IMG/VR virus record: IMGVR_UViG_3300037458_001593
Span: 1 to 51,801 of that record
DNA: 51,801 nucleotides
DNA from: a virus
Taxonomy: Duplodnaviria; Caudoviricetes
Direction: 5' to 3' (one strand)
The position numbers were made by a program, and so were the translations under genes. Within the stretch, counting starts at the first letter, position 1, and each line of letters starts with the position of its first letter. The notes under the pieces were generated by a model. That model worked only from the letters and a program-made list of their open reading frames with translations, was not told the origin of the DNA and did not search any database. Positions 19,595-27,234 of the stretch are shown piece after piece.

Positions 19595-19834
19595 CTAGGT
19601 GAACAATTGGAGCAGTAACTGTGCGACTGCTAACGGCAAAAAGAATCCGCAAATCAGCATCATGAAGACAGAGCACACAAAACATTGATCTTCATGTTTA
19701 CTTAATTCATTCTCTGTGGCATGGATAAAAAGTCCGTCAGAGCTTCGTTTCACCTTACCTAATCCAAAAAGCATGAACGACCTGGAAGCTCTAAAAGCCA
19801 CTGTTAATCCTTTGGAAATTTCGTACTTTTTCAT
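19595..19834 (-). CDS. Small membrane protein
   Basis: 79 aa from ATG 19834 (MKKYEIS), hydrophobic C-terminus. Confidence 0.4.
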   Translation of the reverse strand: MKKYEISKGLTVAFRASRSFMLFGLGKVKRSSDGLFIHATENELSKHEDQCFVCSVFMMLICGFFLPLAVAQLLLQLFT

Positions 19835-19842
19835 TGGTGGTA

Positions 19843-19892
19843 ACTCTTCGGCCTTCCTGAAGGCCTTACTCTTCGGCCTTCCTGAAGGCCTT
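19843..19892. repeat. Exact 25-bp tandem duplication containing a hairpin
   Basis: ACTCTTCGGCCTTCCTGAAGGCCTT x2; GGCCTT-CCTG-AAGGCC. Confidence 0.9.
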
Positions 19893-19914
19893 ATTTCCCC
19901 TGCGGAGGATCTAT

Positions 19915-21945
19915 CTAGAGCCAAGTTGTTTCGGACCCGTAGGTCGCGACCGTGCGTTGGCTCATCGGAACCCTGTTGTTCGTTAGCTTGAATCCGTGTG
20001 TTCTTATAAGTTCGAGAGCGATTGCGGTAGACATGATTGTGTCATCGCAATTGTTGCCGGAGGCTCCGGTCTGGCCGTTCTCCAGGACGACGTAGCAGGT
20101 AGCCTCGTCAACGATGATGCGGGAGGCGAGGTCAATGTCGCCATTCTCTATTGCATTCTTAAGGAAGCTGATGAGGGGCGGCTTGGTTGCCGTAGTTGTC
20201 CGCCACCCGAGACGCAATGATTCTTCGTTGTCAATGTTCGCAATACGGGTCTGGTAGTATAGGTTGATATACTCCATCTCCTTCAGACGATTCAAAGTGG
20301 CGATTCCCATGCTATTCGACTCGACGCCAAGCAAGGCGTTGTTGAAGAACCTACCAAGATAGAATAGAAGATCGCCAAACTTCGAGGGGTCTATTGAATT
20401 GTCACGGTAGAGGGCACGGACACGTCTACTCGTGTCCATCACTGTCGCCGTCGAATAGTCGCGCCCGACTCCGAGAGAAACATCCGCGCCGATGACAAAA
20501 CATTCGTCGTGCCTTGGCGGGGTGAAGATCTCGAGGCAGCCTTCTTTGGACGGCTCGAACTGGCAAAGCTCGAAGTTGAAGTTTAGCTGGCTTACCGGGC
20601 TTTTCGTGATGTACTGGACAAGTTTTTCAAGTGAGAATACGTTAGTGCCAGACGAGATGAAAGCTTCGGTAGGCGTGCTGGGGTATTCTTGACGGAACTT
20701 GTCTTCTCCGCTCTCTGCGATCTTCAAACGACGCCAGTAGAGCCTGTCGTTCGACATCTTTTCTTTGCCGAACTTGAGTTGGAGCTCCTTCTCTTCTTGT
20801 GTCAAAGAAAAAGAGGGAGGGGCTTTCCTTTGGTACTCTTGCATTAGGAACCAAGGAACAAAGATTGGCAGGTAATCATTCCTTCCGGCTACTGCATCCA
20901 ACCATAGCTGATGGAATGGGTTTCCGATACCATTTGCAGTAGACTCAATAATGATTTCCGTACCAGGTGCCTCTGGAATACCTTGAAACAAGCCTGCGAG
21001 GATCTTACTTGCGTGGATCCAGAAGGCAACTTCTGACAAGTGGGCGATAGTCGGTGTCGTACCGCGCCCGGCTTCAGGAGAGCCTGCAGTATAGAGTCGG
21101 TAGCCTGAATCGTTATGCTCGAATATGATTTCTTTTGCATTGGAGCGTCGATATTCTGGGCGAAATTCGTCCGACATGTTCGCAATCACCGACTTCGACA
21201 TGTTGAAGAGGGCATCACTGGTCGGGATGTCATGCGCCATGACGACGGACTTGTGAAAGGCATTGAAGTAAGCCTTCCAGAAGACTCGAGCGGTAGTGTA
21301 CGAGGAGACGCCCATTTGACGGGCCTTCAGTATAATGACCCTGACAGAGCCTCGCTTCTTCCGCTGTGTTTCGATGGCCTTGTGGATGATCAGCTGGGCA
21401 CTGTTGAAACGGAAGTTGATGAATCCGCGAGAGACATCCTTCGGTAGGATCTTGATCTGCTCATCTGCGAACTTTGCGAAGTCCTCTTTGTAGATTGCGA
21501 GTTTTCGCCTTCTGTTGATTTCCCGTATTAGGTTTAATCTTTCAGAATTCGTCAACTTTTTGCCCGGAGTTCCCCCTACAGGCATCTCCGGGGCAGCTGA
21601 TGTGCGGATGTCAAGATTCTTTAGGGCGGCTATTAGGTTTACTGAAGATTCGTATCCTTTCGGCGGGACAGCTCGCTTGTTCAGACTTGTTGCAACTTCG
21701 ACGTCAATAGCGGAGCCATCCCGAGAGTGGATCAGGTTTGGGAGAGACTTTGTTGAGTCTTTGTTAGTTTCATCAAAAGAAAGAGGGGAGAGGACAGTCG
21801 GTGTAGAGACACCTTGGGTGGCCTTCTTGGACTTCCCTCCTTTTTGGCTGGACTTTCCTCCTTTTGGGCGACCAAGATCTACGAAGCCTTTGGGTTCCTT
21901 CTCTGGGCGGCCAACTGGCCAGGAACCTAGTCTTTTGGTGGGCAT
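19915..21945 (-). CDS. terL: Terminase large subunit
   Basis: Walker A ILKARQMGVSS, Walker B AHLSEVAFW, ESTANG, nuclease IGADVSLGVGRDYS and DDTIMS; first ~120 aa low complexity so start uncertain. Confidence 0.95.
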   Translation of the reverse strand: MPTKRLGSWPVGRPEKEPKGFVDLGRPKGGKSSQKGGKSKKATQGVSTPTVLSPLSFDETNKDSTKSLPNLIHSRDGSAIDVEVATSLNKRAVPPKGYESSVNLIAALKNLDIRTSAAPEMPVGGTPGKKLTNSERLNLIREINRRRKLAIYKEDFAKFADEQIKILPKDVSRGFINFRFNSAQLIIHKAIETQRKKRGSVRVIILKARQMGVSSYTTARVFWKAYFNAFHKSVVMAHDIPTSDALFNMSKSVIANMSDEFRPEYRRSNAKEIIFEHNDSGYRLYTAGSPEAGRGTTPTIAHLSEVAFWIHASKILAGLFQGIPEAPGTEIIIESTANGIGNPFHQLWLDAVAGRNDYLPIFVPWFLMQEYQRKAPPSFSLTQEEKELQLKFGKEKMSNDRLYWRRLKIAESGEDKFRQEYPSTPTEAFISSGTNVFSLEKLVQYITKSPVSQLNFNFELCQFEPSKEGCLEIFTPPRHDECFVIGADVSLGVGRDYSTATVMDTSRRVRALYRDNSIDPSKFGDLLFYLGRFFNNALLGVESNSMGIATLNRLKEMEYINLYYQTRIANIDNEESLRLGWRTTTATKPPLISFLKNAIENGDIDLASRIIVDEATCYVVLENGQTGASGNNCDDTIMSTAIALELIRTHGFKLTNNRVPMSQRTVATYGSETTWL

Positions 21946-21978
21946 ATCAGAACAACTCTAAGCTAGGATTTAACGAGA

Positions 21979-22007
21979 CTTAGCGAGACTCTGTCGAGTC
22001 TTTGTCA
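21979..22007 (-). repeat. 29-bp inverted copy of 19517-19545
   Basis: Reverse complement reads TGACAAAGACTCGACAGAGTCTCGCTAAG, identical to 19517-19545. Confidence 0.9.
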
Positions 22008-22055
22008 AGTCTTTAAGTTTTGGGGGCAGGGCATATTTTGAAGATACTTTGCGGG

Positions 22056-22079
22056 GCCTATCCTCGAGCCTATCCTCGA
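22056..22079. repeat. 12-bp tandem duplication at strand-divergence point
   Basis: GCCTATCCTCGA x2. Confidence 0.85.
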
Positions 22080-22255
22080 ACCTGCGGGGTGGTTCTCTTT
22101 AGGTTCCTGCTAACCTTCATGTGAAAATTTGGAGGAAGCCCGGGGTTTGGGCCTTTCCTGTGTTTCGTTCCCCCCTGTCTCCCCCCTTCCCTTGTCGGCC
22201 TGCTGGCTGGCGCGTTGCCTGGGCGCTTCCTGGGTGTTCCTGCTTGGAGTCTGCC

Positions 22256-22546
22256 GTGTTTGCTTCCCTCTCTTCGTTCGTTCGTGCTTCTTTCCACCGC
22301 CTCGTTCTCGCGGCCATCGTTGCTGTTGTGTTCGGTCTTGGTGGTCGCAGTGGCTGGCGCTGTCTTGCTCTCTGCCTCTGGCATCGTGATTGGGCGGCTT
22401 TGGACTACTACACTGATGTCGTCTACATGGAGTGGGTATGCCTCTCGTCTTCTTGGGTTCACCTGCAGGGGGCCAAGCTTGTCGGCTGGTTGAGCGGCTT
22501 GCTGCCCCCGGCGCCGTCGGATTCGCTTGACCCGTCGCCGTTCTGA
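22256..22546 (+). CDS. First early gene, adenine-poor membrane protein
   Basis: GGAG SD then GTG start; 96 aa with hydrophobic LVLAAIVAVVFGLG; stop abuts first structured element. Confidence 0.6.
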   Translation: MFASLSSFVRASFHRLVLAAIVAVVFGLGGRSGWRCLALCLWHRDWAALDYYTDVVYMEWVCLSSSWVHLQGAKLVGWLSGLLPPAPSDSLDPSPF

Positions 22547-22619
22547 CGACTTCTCTTTGGGCCTCCTGTCGGGGGCCTTGTAAAGTGGTCTGAAGGGCCT
22601 GCCAGTCCTGCTACTCTGT
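22545..22619 (+). promoter_or_regulatory. Early structured intergenic element, copy 1
   Basis: GGCCTCC-TGTC-GGGGGCC, TTGTAAAGTGGTCTGA, second hairpin, GCTACTCTGT; immediately before SD. Confidence 0.7.
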
Positions 22620-22629
22620 TGGAGCTTAT

Positions 22630-22851
22630 ATGGTTACTGCAGTTGCTCAGCGCATGGTGATAATGCATGGTACCGTCTTTCGTGTCAAGCATGTCTCGAA
22701 GACTGGCACTTGGCTATTCTTTCAAGCGGACGGCATCGAGAAGCTCGACAAGAAGCTCTACAATTGTTTTACAGCTGAGAACAAGCGACCGATTCGGCCG
22801 TACTTGTGGCAAGAGAACGATCTCTATTTCGTCAATGAGCACTTGAAGTAG
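22630..22851 (+). CDS. Early hypothetical protein
   Basis: 73 aa, GGAG SD. Confidence 0.7.
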   Translation: MVTAVAQRMVIMHGTVFRVKHVSKTGTWLFFQADGIEKLDKKLYNCFTAENKRPIRPYLWQENDLYFVNEHLK

Positions 22852-22962
22852 TGCCCTTGAAACTGCACACATCCCCGTGCGCAGTGGCGAGTGTACGTGT
22901 GTGCATCTCGGTGTGCCGGCCACCTGCCGGTTCCTCACGGCTAATATGCCTAGGAGTTCATC

Positions 22963-23298
22963 ATGGCGAAGCAAACCAAGAACCAGAAGTACGGCCGCAA
23001 CACGCGCTCGACGAGCGGCAAGCTGCAGGCGAAGCGGAGTGAGAAGAACAAGATGAAGGCCATCGAAGCCGCGAAGCAGAATGGCGACAAGATGGCCGGC
23101 GTGCAGAAATGGCCCGTGCGTGGGGAGTACGCGAGCAAGGCACGCAACTTCGCTTCTGCGGAGGCACGCACTTCTTTCGAGAAGGCCCGCACCGGCAACC
23201 TGGCAAAGGAAATGAAGGAGATCTACGATCGCGCCGGTAAGACAGTGGAGAGCCTGAAGCGCGCGTACCCGAAGACCCTTGGCATGGTGCTGAAGTGA
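22963..23298 (+). CDS. Early basic hypothetical protein
   Basis: 111 aa Lys/Arg-rich, AGGAG SD, strong codon bias. Confidence 0.8.
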   Translation: MAKQTKNQKYGRNTRSTSGKLQAKRSEKNKMKAIEAAKQNGDKMAGVQKWPVRGEYASKARNFASAEARTSFEKARTGNLAKEMKEIYDRAGKTVESLKRAYPKTLGMVLK

Positions 23299-23383
23299 AC
23301 CCTCCAGTCTGCCCTCTGTGCGGAGGTAAGCACACCTTGAGCCAATGTCCACGTTGGCGGCTACCTCCCCCGCCACCGAAGTA

Positions 23384-23464
23384 GACCTTTCTTTGGGCAC
23401 CTTAGCCACCCGGCTAGGGTGCCTTGTAGAGTGGTCTGAGGGGTCGCCGACCCTGCCATTCTGT
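23384..23464 (+). promoter_or_regulatory. Early structured intergenic element, copy 2 (covariant)
   Basis: GGCACCTTAGCC-ACCC-GGCTAGGGTGCC, TTGTAGAGTGGTCTGA, GGGGTC-GCC-GACCCT, GCCATTCTGT. Confidence 0.7.
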
Positions 23465-23481
23465 TCGAAAGCGAGAAAGAA

Positions 23482-23826
23482 ATGAGCAGCAACATCACAG
23501 TGATCCGCCCCGCGCAACTCGTGAAGAAGAGCGCTGGCGGCTTCAATACCGTTGGGGCAGAGGTCATCCGCGCGAGTGAACCTGTTACCATTCTGGTCTT
23601 GAAGTACATCAAGGCCTCTAGCACGATCCAGGCCCAGTGCGCTGACGGGCATCTGCGCGAGTGTCGTACACTGAAGCTCGATGCTGACCCTACCGTCGCG
23701 AAGGACAAGGCAAGGCAGCTGTGGAAGGCCCTGCGCGAGGCGACGCTGGCTGAGCAGCCGGTGACTTTCTACTCTTCCGGCGTGAACTTCTGGCCGAATC
23801 GCTGGTTCTCGAAGGTCACGGTCTAA
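23482..23826 (+). CDS. Early hypothetical protein
   Basis: 114 aa, strong codon bias. Confidence 0.75.
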   Translation: MSSNITVIRPAQLVKKSAGGFNTVGAEVIRASEPVTILVLKYIKASSTIQAQCADGHLRECRTLKLDADPTVAKDKARQLWKALREATLAEQPVTFYSSGVNFWPNRWFSKVTV

Positions 23827-23830
23827 CTCC

Positions 23831-23905
23831 GACGACTCCTTTTCGGGCCTCCTGTCGGGGGCCTTGTAGAGTGGTCTGAAGGGCCTGTCGGTCCTGCTAC
23901 TCTGT
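23831..23905 (+). promoter_or_regulatory. Early structured intergenic element, copy 3
   Basis: Near-identical to 22545-22619. Confidence 0.7.
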
Positions 23906-23922
23906 CCTGAAAGGGGACTCTC

Positions 23923-24324
23923 ATGAAGACGTACAAGAATCTCTCGCAACTGAGGACGGAAACGGAAGCGCCGTTCGTGCACATTGCAGAAGCTTTGATC
24001 GCGTACTACAAGCTTCTCTGCTTTGACCAGGAGGAGTTGGATCTCATCGAGAACGGCCCTGAAGGCCTCATGTACCATCTCGGCGGGGACTGCTTCATCG
24101 CGGAGAACGAAGCCGACTTCGAGCAGATGCTCAAGGATAACAAGTTCGGTGATCTTCCTGCTCTGCCTGAAGATTGTGGGGACTTCGAGGATCCTCTCGG
24201 ACCGTACGCACCCGACAAGGCACTTCTCGAATGGAACTGGTGCGTCTTCATTAACAACAACGGCGGAGGCCCGTTGTATGTCTTCCCGGCAGAGTTTGCC
24301 AGCCGACTTCCTGAATGCAACTGA
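23923..24324 (+). CDS. Early acidic hypothetical protein
   Basis: 133 aa, AAGGGG SD, INNNGGGPLYVFP motif. Confidence 0.8.
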   Translation: MKTYKNLSQLRTETEAPFVHIAEALIAYYKLLCFDQEELDLIENGPEGLMYHLGGDCFIAENEADFEQMLKDNKFGDLPALPEDCGDFEDPLGPYAPDKALLEWNWCVFINNNGGGPLYVFPAEFASRLPECN

Positions 24325-24335
24325 AGGAGAGAACC

Positions 24336-24608
24336 ATGTTTCCAATTGACCCGCTGAAGGTACTCGACGATAACGGGATGCCGCCTTCCATTAGGAATAA
24401 CAGCGAAAACACGCTGTACGTCTTGCCAACCGAGGAAATCACCTTCCAGGACTCCTATGGCAGATCGCCAAAGGAAATCTTCGAAGAAGGCCTGGACGAA
24501 TGGCTCGAGTTCGAACACGAAGGTAACCTCACGGGAGCCCGGCTGCTGTTCTGTATTCTGAGCATTCCAGTCCTCTTCCTCCTTCTCGTACTTGCAATGG
24601 TGCTCTGA
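24336..24608 (+). CDS. Hypothetical protein with C-terminal TM
   Basis: AAGGAG SD before ATG 24336; hydrophobic tail. Confidence 0.65.
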   Translation: MFPIDPLKVLDDNGMPPSIRNNSENTLYVLPTEEITFQDSYGRSPKEIFEEGLDEWLEFEHEGNLTGARLLFCILSIPVLFLLLVLAMVL

Positions 24609-24823
24609 TGAAACACACAAGACCACCCCGTAGGCCCAAAGACAGGCCAACCCACATGACCTTCGAGGAGCGCAAGCTCTACCCATTCTGCATGGCCTTA
24701 TTCGGAGGCCCCAAGGAGTTGGCACAGCTGGGCAGAGTGTACGCGCCAGTGGCACCCTGCGGGCTGCTTGGGCATGGCCTAAGAAATGACAGCGTACACA
24801 CGACGCTGCTGTTCGCACTTTAA
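24608..24823 (+). CDS. Hypothetical protein
   Basis: 71 aa, TGATG coupling to upstream gene. Confidence 0.5.
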   Translation: MKHTRPPRRPKDRPTHMTFEERKLYPFCMALFGGPKELAQLGRVYAPVAPCGLLGHGLRNDSVHTTLLFAL

Positions 24824-24857
24824 CTCGGAGGAAGGCTCGAAAGAGTCTCGCTAAACG

Positions 24858-25178
24858 ATGCTTGTATTCAACAATATCTCAGAAGTCCTGAACTACAGGG
24901 GGCATGAAGAAGTCGCCCTTGAACTCCTAGCATACAACATGTCTGCGGCGGAGGACGAAGACCTGATTATCATCTACGCGAAGAACAAACAAGAGCTGAA
25001 GGCAGTAGAAGGGATGGTAGGAATTCCATATGCCTGGGACCAAATCGCAGATCGTCCACAGCCTGGAATCATTCCTCCGAACTACACCGGCTGGGAATGG
25101 CGATTGAGATGGTACGATAAGACCACCAAGAATACGAAGAGCACACTCGTGCTGTATCACGTTGGTAGTTTACTTTGA
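24858..25178 (+). CDS. Hypothetical protein
   Basis: 106 aa; preceded directly by a GGCTC-GAAA-GAGTCT hairpin. Confidence 0.7.
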   Translation: MLVFNNISEVLNYRGHEEVALELLAYNMSAAEDEDLIIIYAKNKQELKAVEGMVGIPYAWDQIADRPQPGIIPPNYTGWEWRLRWYDKTTKNTKSTLVLYHVGSLL

Positions 25179-25244
25179 AAGGAGAAATAACCAAAAACAC
25201 CCTGTAGGACCCTTTTCAACTGTTACTTATTTTGAAAGTACATA

Positions 25245-25655
25245 ATGTTCATCTTGCTTCACCCCATGACGATGGCTGCAGCCGAAAAGTACTACGCGAA
25301 GGCTGCCATGAACCCACCTGTGGAGTTCCTTCAGTCTGACCTGAACTTTGGAACATCGACATATTTCGCTTGTTCGGAGACGAAAAGCACTTTGGAATGG
25401 TTCTGCACAAGGACCGGCCTGAATGGGGTCGTGTTCGAAGGGCAGCCTTACGACCAGGCCGAGACGGATGTCGAGGAAACACCTGAAGAGGCACCTGAAG
25501 AGGCGCCGCCTGTGGCTACTCGGCCGGTGGCCAACCCGATGTCGCAGCGGGTTCCTCCGACCAAGGCATCACCGCAGGCTACTCAGCCTGTGGCTACTCG
25601 GCAGGCACCAACACCTGGGAAGAAGGCCATGCCGAGGGGCTTTAACAAGGGGTAA
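25245..25655 (+). CDS. Hypothetical protein with Pro/Ala-rich tail
   Basis: 136 aa; PEEA and PVATR repeats. Confidence 0.7.
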   Translation: MFILLHPMTMAAAEKYYAKAAMNPPVEFLQSDLNFGTSTYFACSETKSTLEWFCTRTGLNGVVFEGQPYDQAETDVEETPEEAPEEAPPVATRPVANPMSQRVPPTKASPQATQPVATRQAPTPGKKAMPRGFNKG

Positions 25656-25708
25656 TCTTGTAGGCAGATTTGCAGGTTTTCGGAACAGAGCCTGGTAAGA
25701 GGCCTGCA

Positions 25709-25837
25709 GGGTGGTGGTTCTTGGTGGGCATGTTAGGGGATACTTGTTAAGAACGCCCCTTCTTACAAATTCGTATGAAGGTGGGATGTCGAACACCCCA
25801 TAGTCACCCTACATGTCCACCCCAAGAGCCATTACCC
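25709..25837 (+). ncRNA. Candidate structured RNA
   Basis: Arms 25709-25738 and 25807-25837 pair over ~30 nt with G-U wobbles; internal hairpin TTGTTAAGAA...TTCTTACAA. Confidence 0.4.
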
Positions 25838-26017
25838 AATGTACTTCGAATTGTCCATCAACCCCCATAAATAAAGGGCCTACCAATCTTTATTTTCCTC
25901 TATTTTCTTGTCAGGCAATCCCTACAGCATCTATCTATAGCAGTGTAGGTGAAAAAACTTGTTTATCAAAAAGAAGGAGAATAGAATCCTTGAGGACACC
26001 CATGCATCTTACGGGAA

Positions 26018-26057
26018 AGACTCACCAGCGTCTCGCTAAGACTCGAAGAGTCTCGTT
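26018..26057 (+). repeat. Tandem pair of AGACTC-loop-GAGTCT hairpins
   Basis: AGACTC-ACCA-GCGTCT CGCTA AGACTC-GAA-GAGTCT CGTT. Confidence 0.85.
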
Positions 26058-26093
26058 TTAGCCGGTACCTAACGGGTAGACCCCGGGCACATT

Positions 26094-26155
26094 AAAGTGT
26101 ACCTTTAAGGTGTACCTTTAGGGTGTACCTTTAGAGTGTACCTTTAGGGTGACCT
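26094..26155. repeat. 13-bp tandem repeat x4 plus partial
   Basis: ARRGTGTACCTTT units at 26094, 26107, 26120, 26133, partial at 26146. Confidence 0.95.
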
Positions 26156-26191
26156 GAAAGGTCTAAAAGAAAAATAAAATAAAGGTGAGAG

Positions 26192-26350
26192 CACCCTATG
26201 ACACACCCTATGACACACCCTATGACACACCCTATGACACACCCTATGACACACCCTATGACACACCCTATGACACCCTATGGTACACCAAGATGTAACA
26301 TCCTGTGACACACCCTATGGTACACCAAGATGTAACATCCTGTGACACAC
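26192..26350. repeat. 12-bp tandem repeat x7 followed by 37-bp repeat x2 (candidate replication origin)
   Basis: CACCCTATGACA x7 (26192-26275); CACCCTATGGTACACCAAGATGTAACATCCTGTGACA at 26274-26310 and 26311-26347; origin role is inference. Confidence 0.9.
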
Positions 26351-26377
26351 TGAAAGGCATTTTACTAAGGAACTTCC

Positions 26378-26707
26378 ATGCGTATCACTTATAACATTGC
26401 AATGATAGATGACAGCCAAAAGCTGATCGATATCAGTCATATTGTAAAGACTTGGAGGACCCGCCGAGAGGGTGCAGGAAAGAGCGGTCAAGATCTCAAG
26501 TGAAAGGTTGCCCCAGAAGATTACTCGTGGATCAAGAAAGGAACGTATATCTACTTGATAGGACGTTGCTATATTGATCCTAAATCCACAAAGATCATGG
26601 GATCATATCACCGAGATCGTAGGGCTACTATGTTGCAGCTTGAATATGCCGAAGGACTAGCGAGCTTGCACTTTACTGTGAAAAAGAGCAAGCAATTCAA
26701 AGCTTGA
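26378..26707 (+). pseudogene. 109-codon ORF interrupted by a single in-frame TGA
   Basis: TAAGGA SD, ATG 26378, TGA at 26501-26503, frame stays open to TGA 26705-26707. Confidence 0.65.
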
Positions 26708-26740
26708 CACAAGATAAGACTCGCCAGAGTCTCGTAAACG

Positions 26741-27028
26741 ATGAAGAGTAAGATAGCAGAAGGAAAGTACATCGTCTCCTTCAACACCTGGTTCGGTATG
26801 GATGAGGTTGGTGATTCAAACTTGAACACAATTGACTATGCAGGGGACGATATTGAGGCCCTCGCACAGGAAGTTTGTGCAGACGACCCTGAACACCCGC
26901 TAGTCTTCGTGCGAGGCAAAGAGGAGGAGGAAATAGTAATAGGGCGTTTCTTTACACCTGAATACCAAGAAAAAGATTCACCAAACAAATCACCAGTAGC
27001 TCTCATGATCGAAAGGACAGATTTTTAA
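26741..27028 (+). CDS. Hypothetical protein
   Basis: 95 aa acidic; preceded by AGACTC-GCCA-GAGTCT hairpin. Confidence 0.7.
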   Translation: MKSKIAEGKYIVSFNTWFGMDEVGDSNLNTIDYAGDDIEALAQEVCADDPEHPLVFVRGKEEEEIVIGRFFTPEYQEKDSPNKSPVALMIERTDF

Positions 27029-27186
27029 TGCTATATAAGATCGTCACAATCGAAGGGCAAGTAAAGACAGTCTTCTACTTCACAACTCACCAGAGCTACC
27101 TCGAAGCCCTTACTTCACCAACAAAAATTGATAGAGTTAACCTTGCAACGGTAGTCCTTGAAAAATGGCAATCTAACCAAATCTAA
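27028..27186 (+). CDS. Small hypothetical protein (below ORF-track cutoff)
   Basis: 52 aa MLYKIVTIEGQVKTVFYF..., TAATG coupling, AAGGA SD. Confidence 0.55.
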   Translation: MLYKIVTIEGQVKTVFYFTTHQSYLEALTSPTKIDRVNLATVVLEKWQSNQI

Positions 27187-27234
27187 GATCAAGTTGGAAT
27201 TCATCTTGGATGACTATTACTCGGAAAGATAACA

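Noticed and set aside
22585-22615. Hammerhead ribozyme suggested by CTGA plus stem
   Set aside because: Lacks the CUGANGA and GAAA core
22714-24345. 543-aa minus-strand ORF
   Set aside because: Antisense to four well-formed plus-strand genes with SDs and codon bias; no recognisable motifs; most likely a shadow ORF
25813-26061. 82-aa plus-strand ORF in the non-coding gap
   Set aside because: No SD, atypical composition, overlaps the structured RNA arm and hairpin repeats
26143-26215. Resemblance to SP6/K11-type promoters (TTTAGGGTGAC, GACAC...TATG)
   Set aside because: Only partial, and not repeated upstream of late genes
26192-26350. Possible CRISPR mini-array
   Set aside because: Repeats are contiguous with no unique spacers and no cas genes are present
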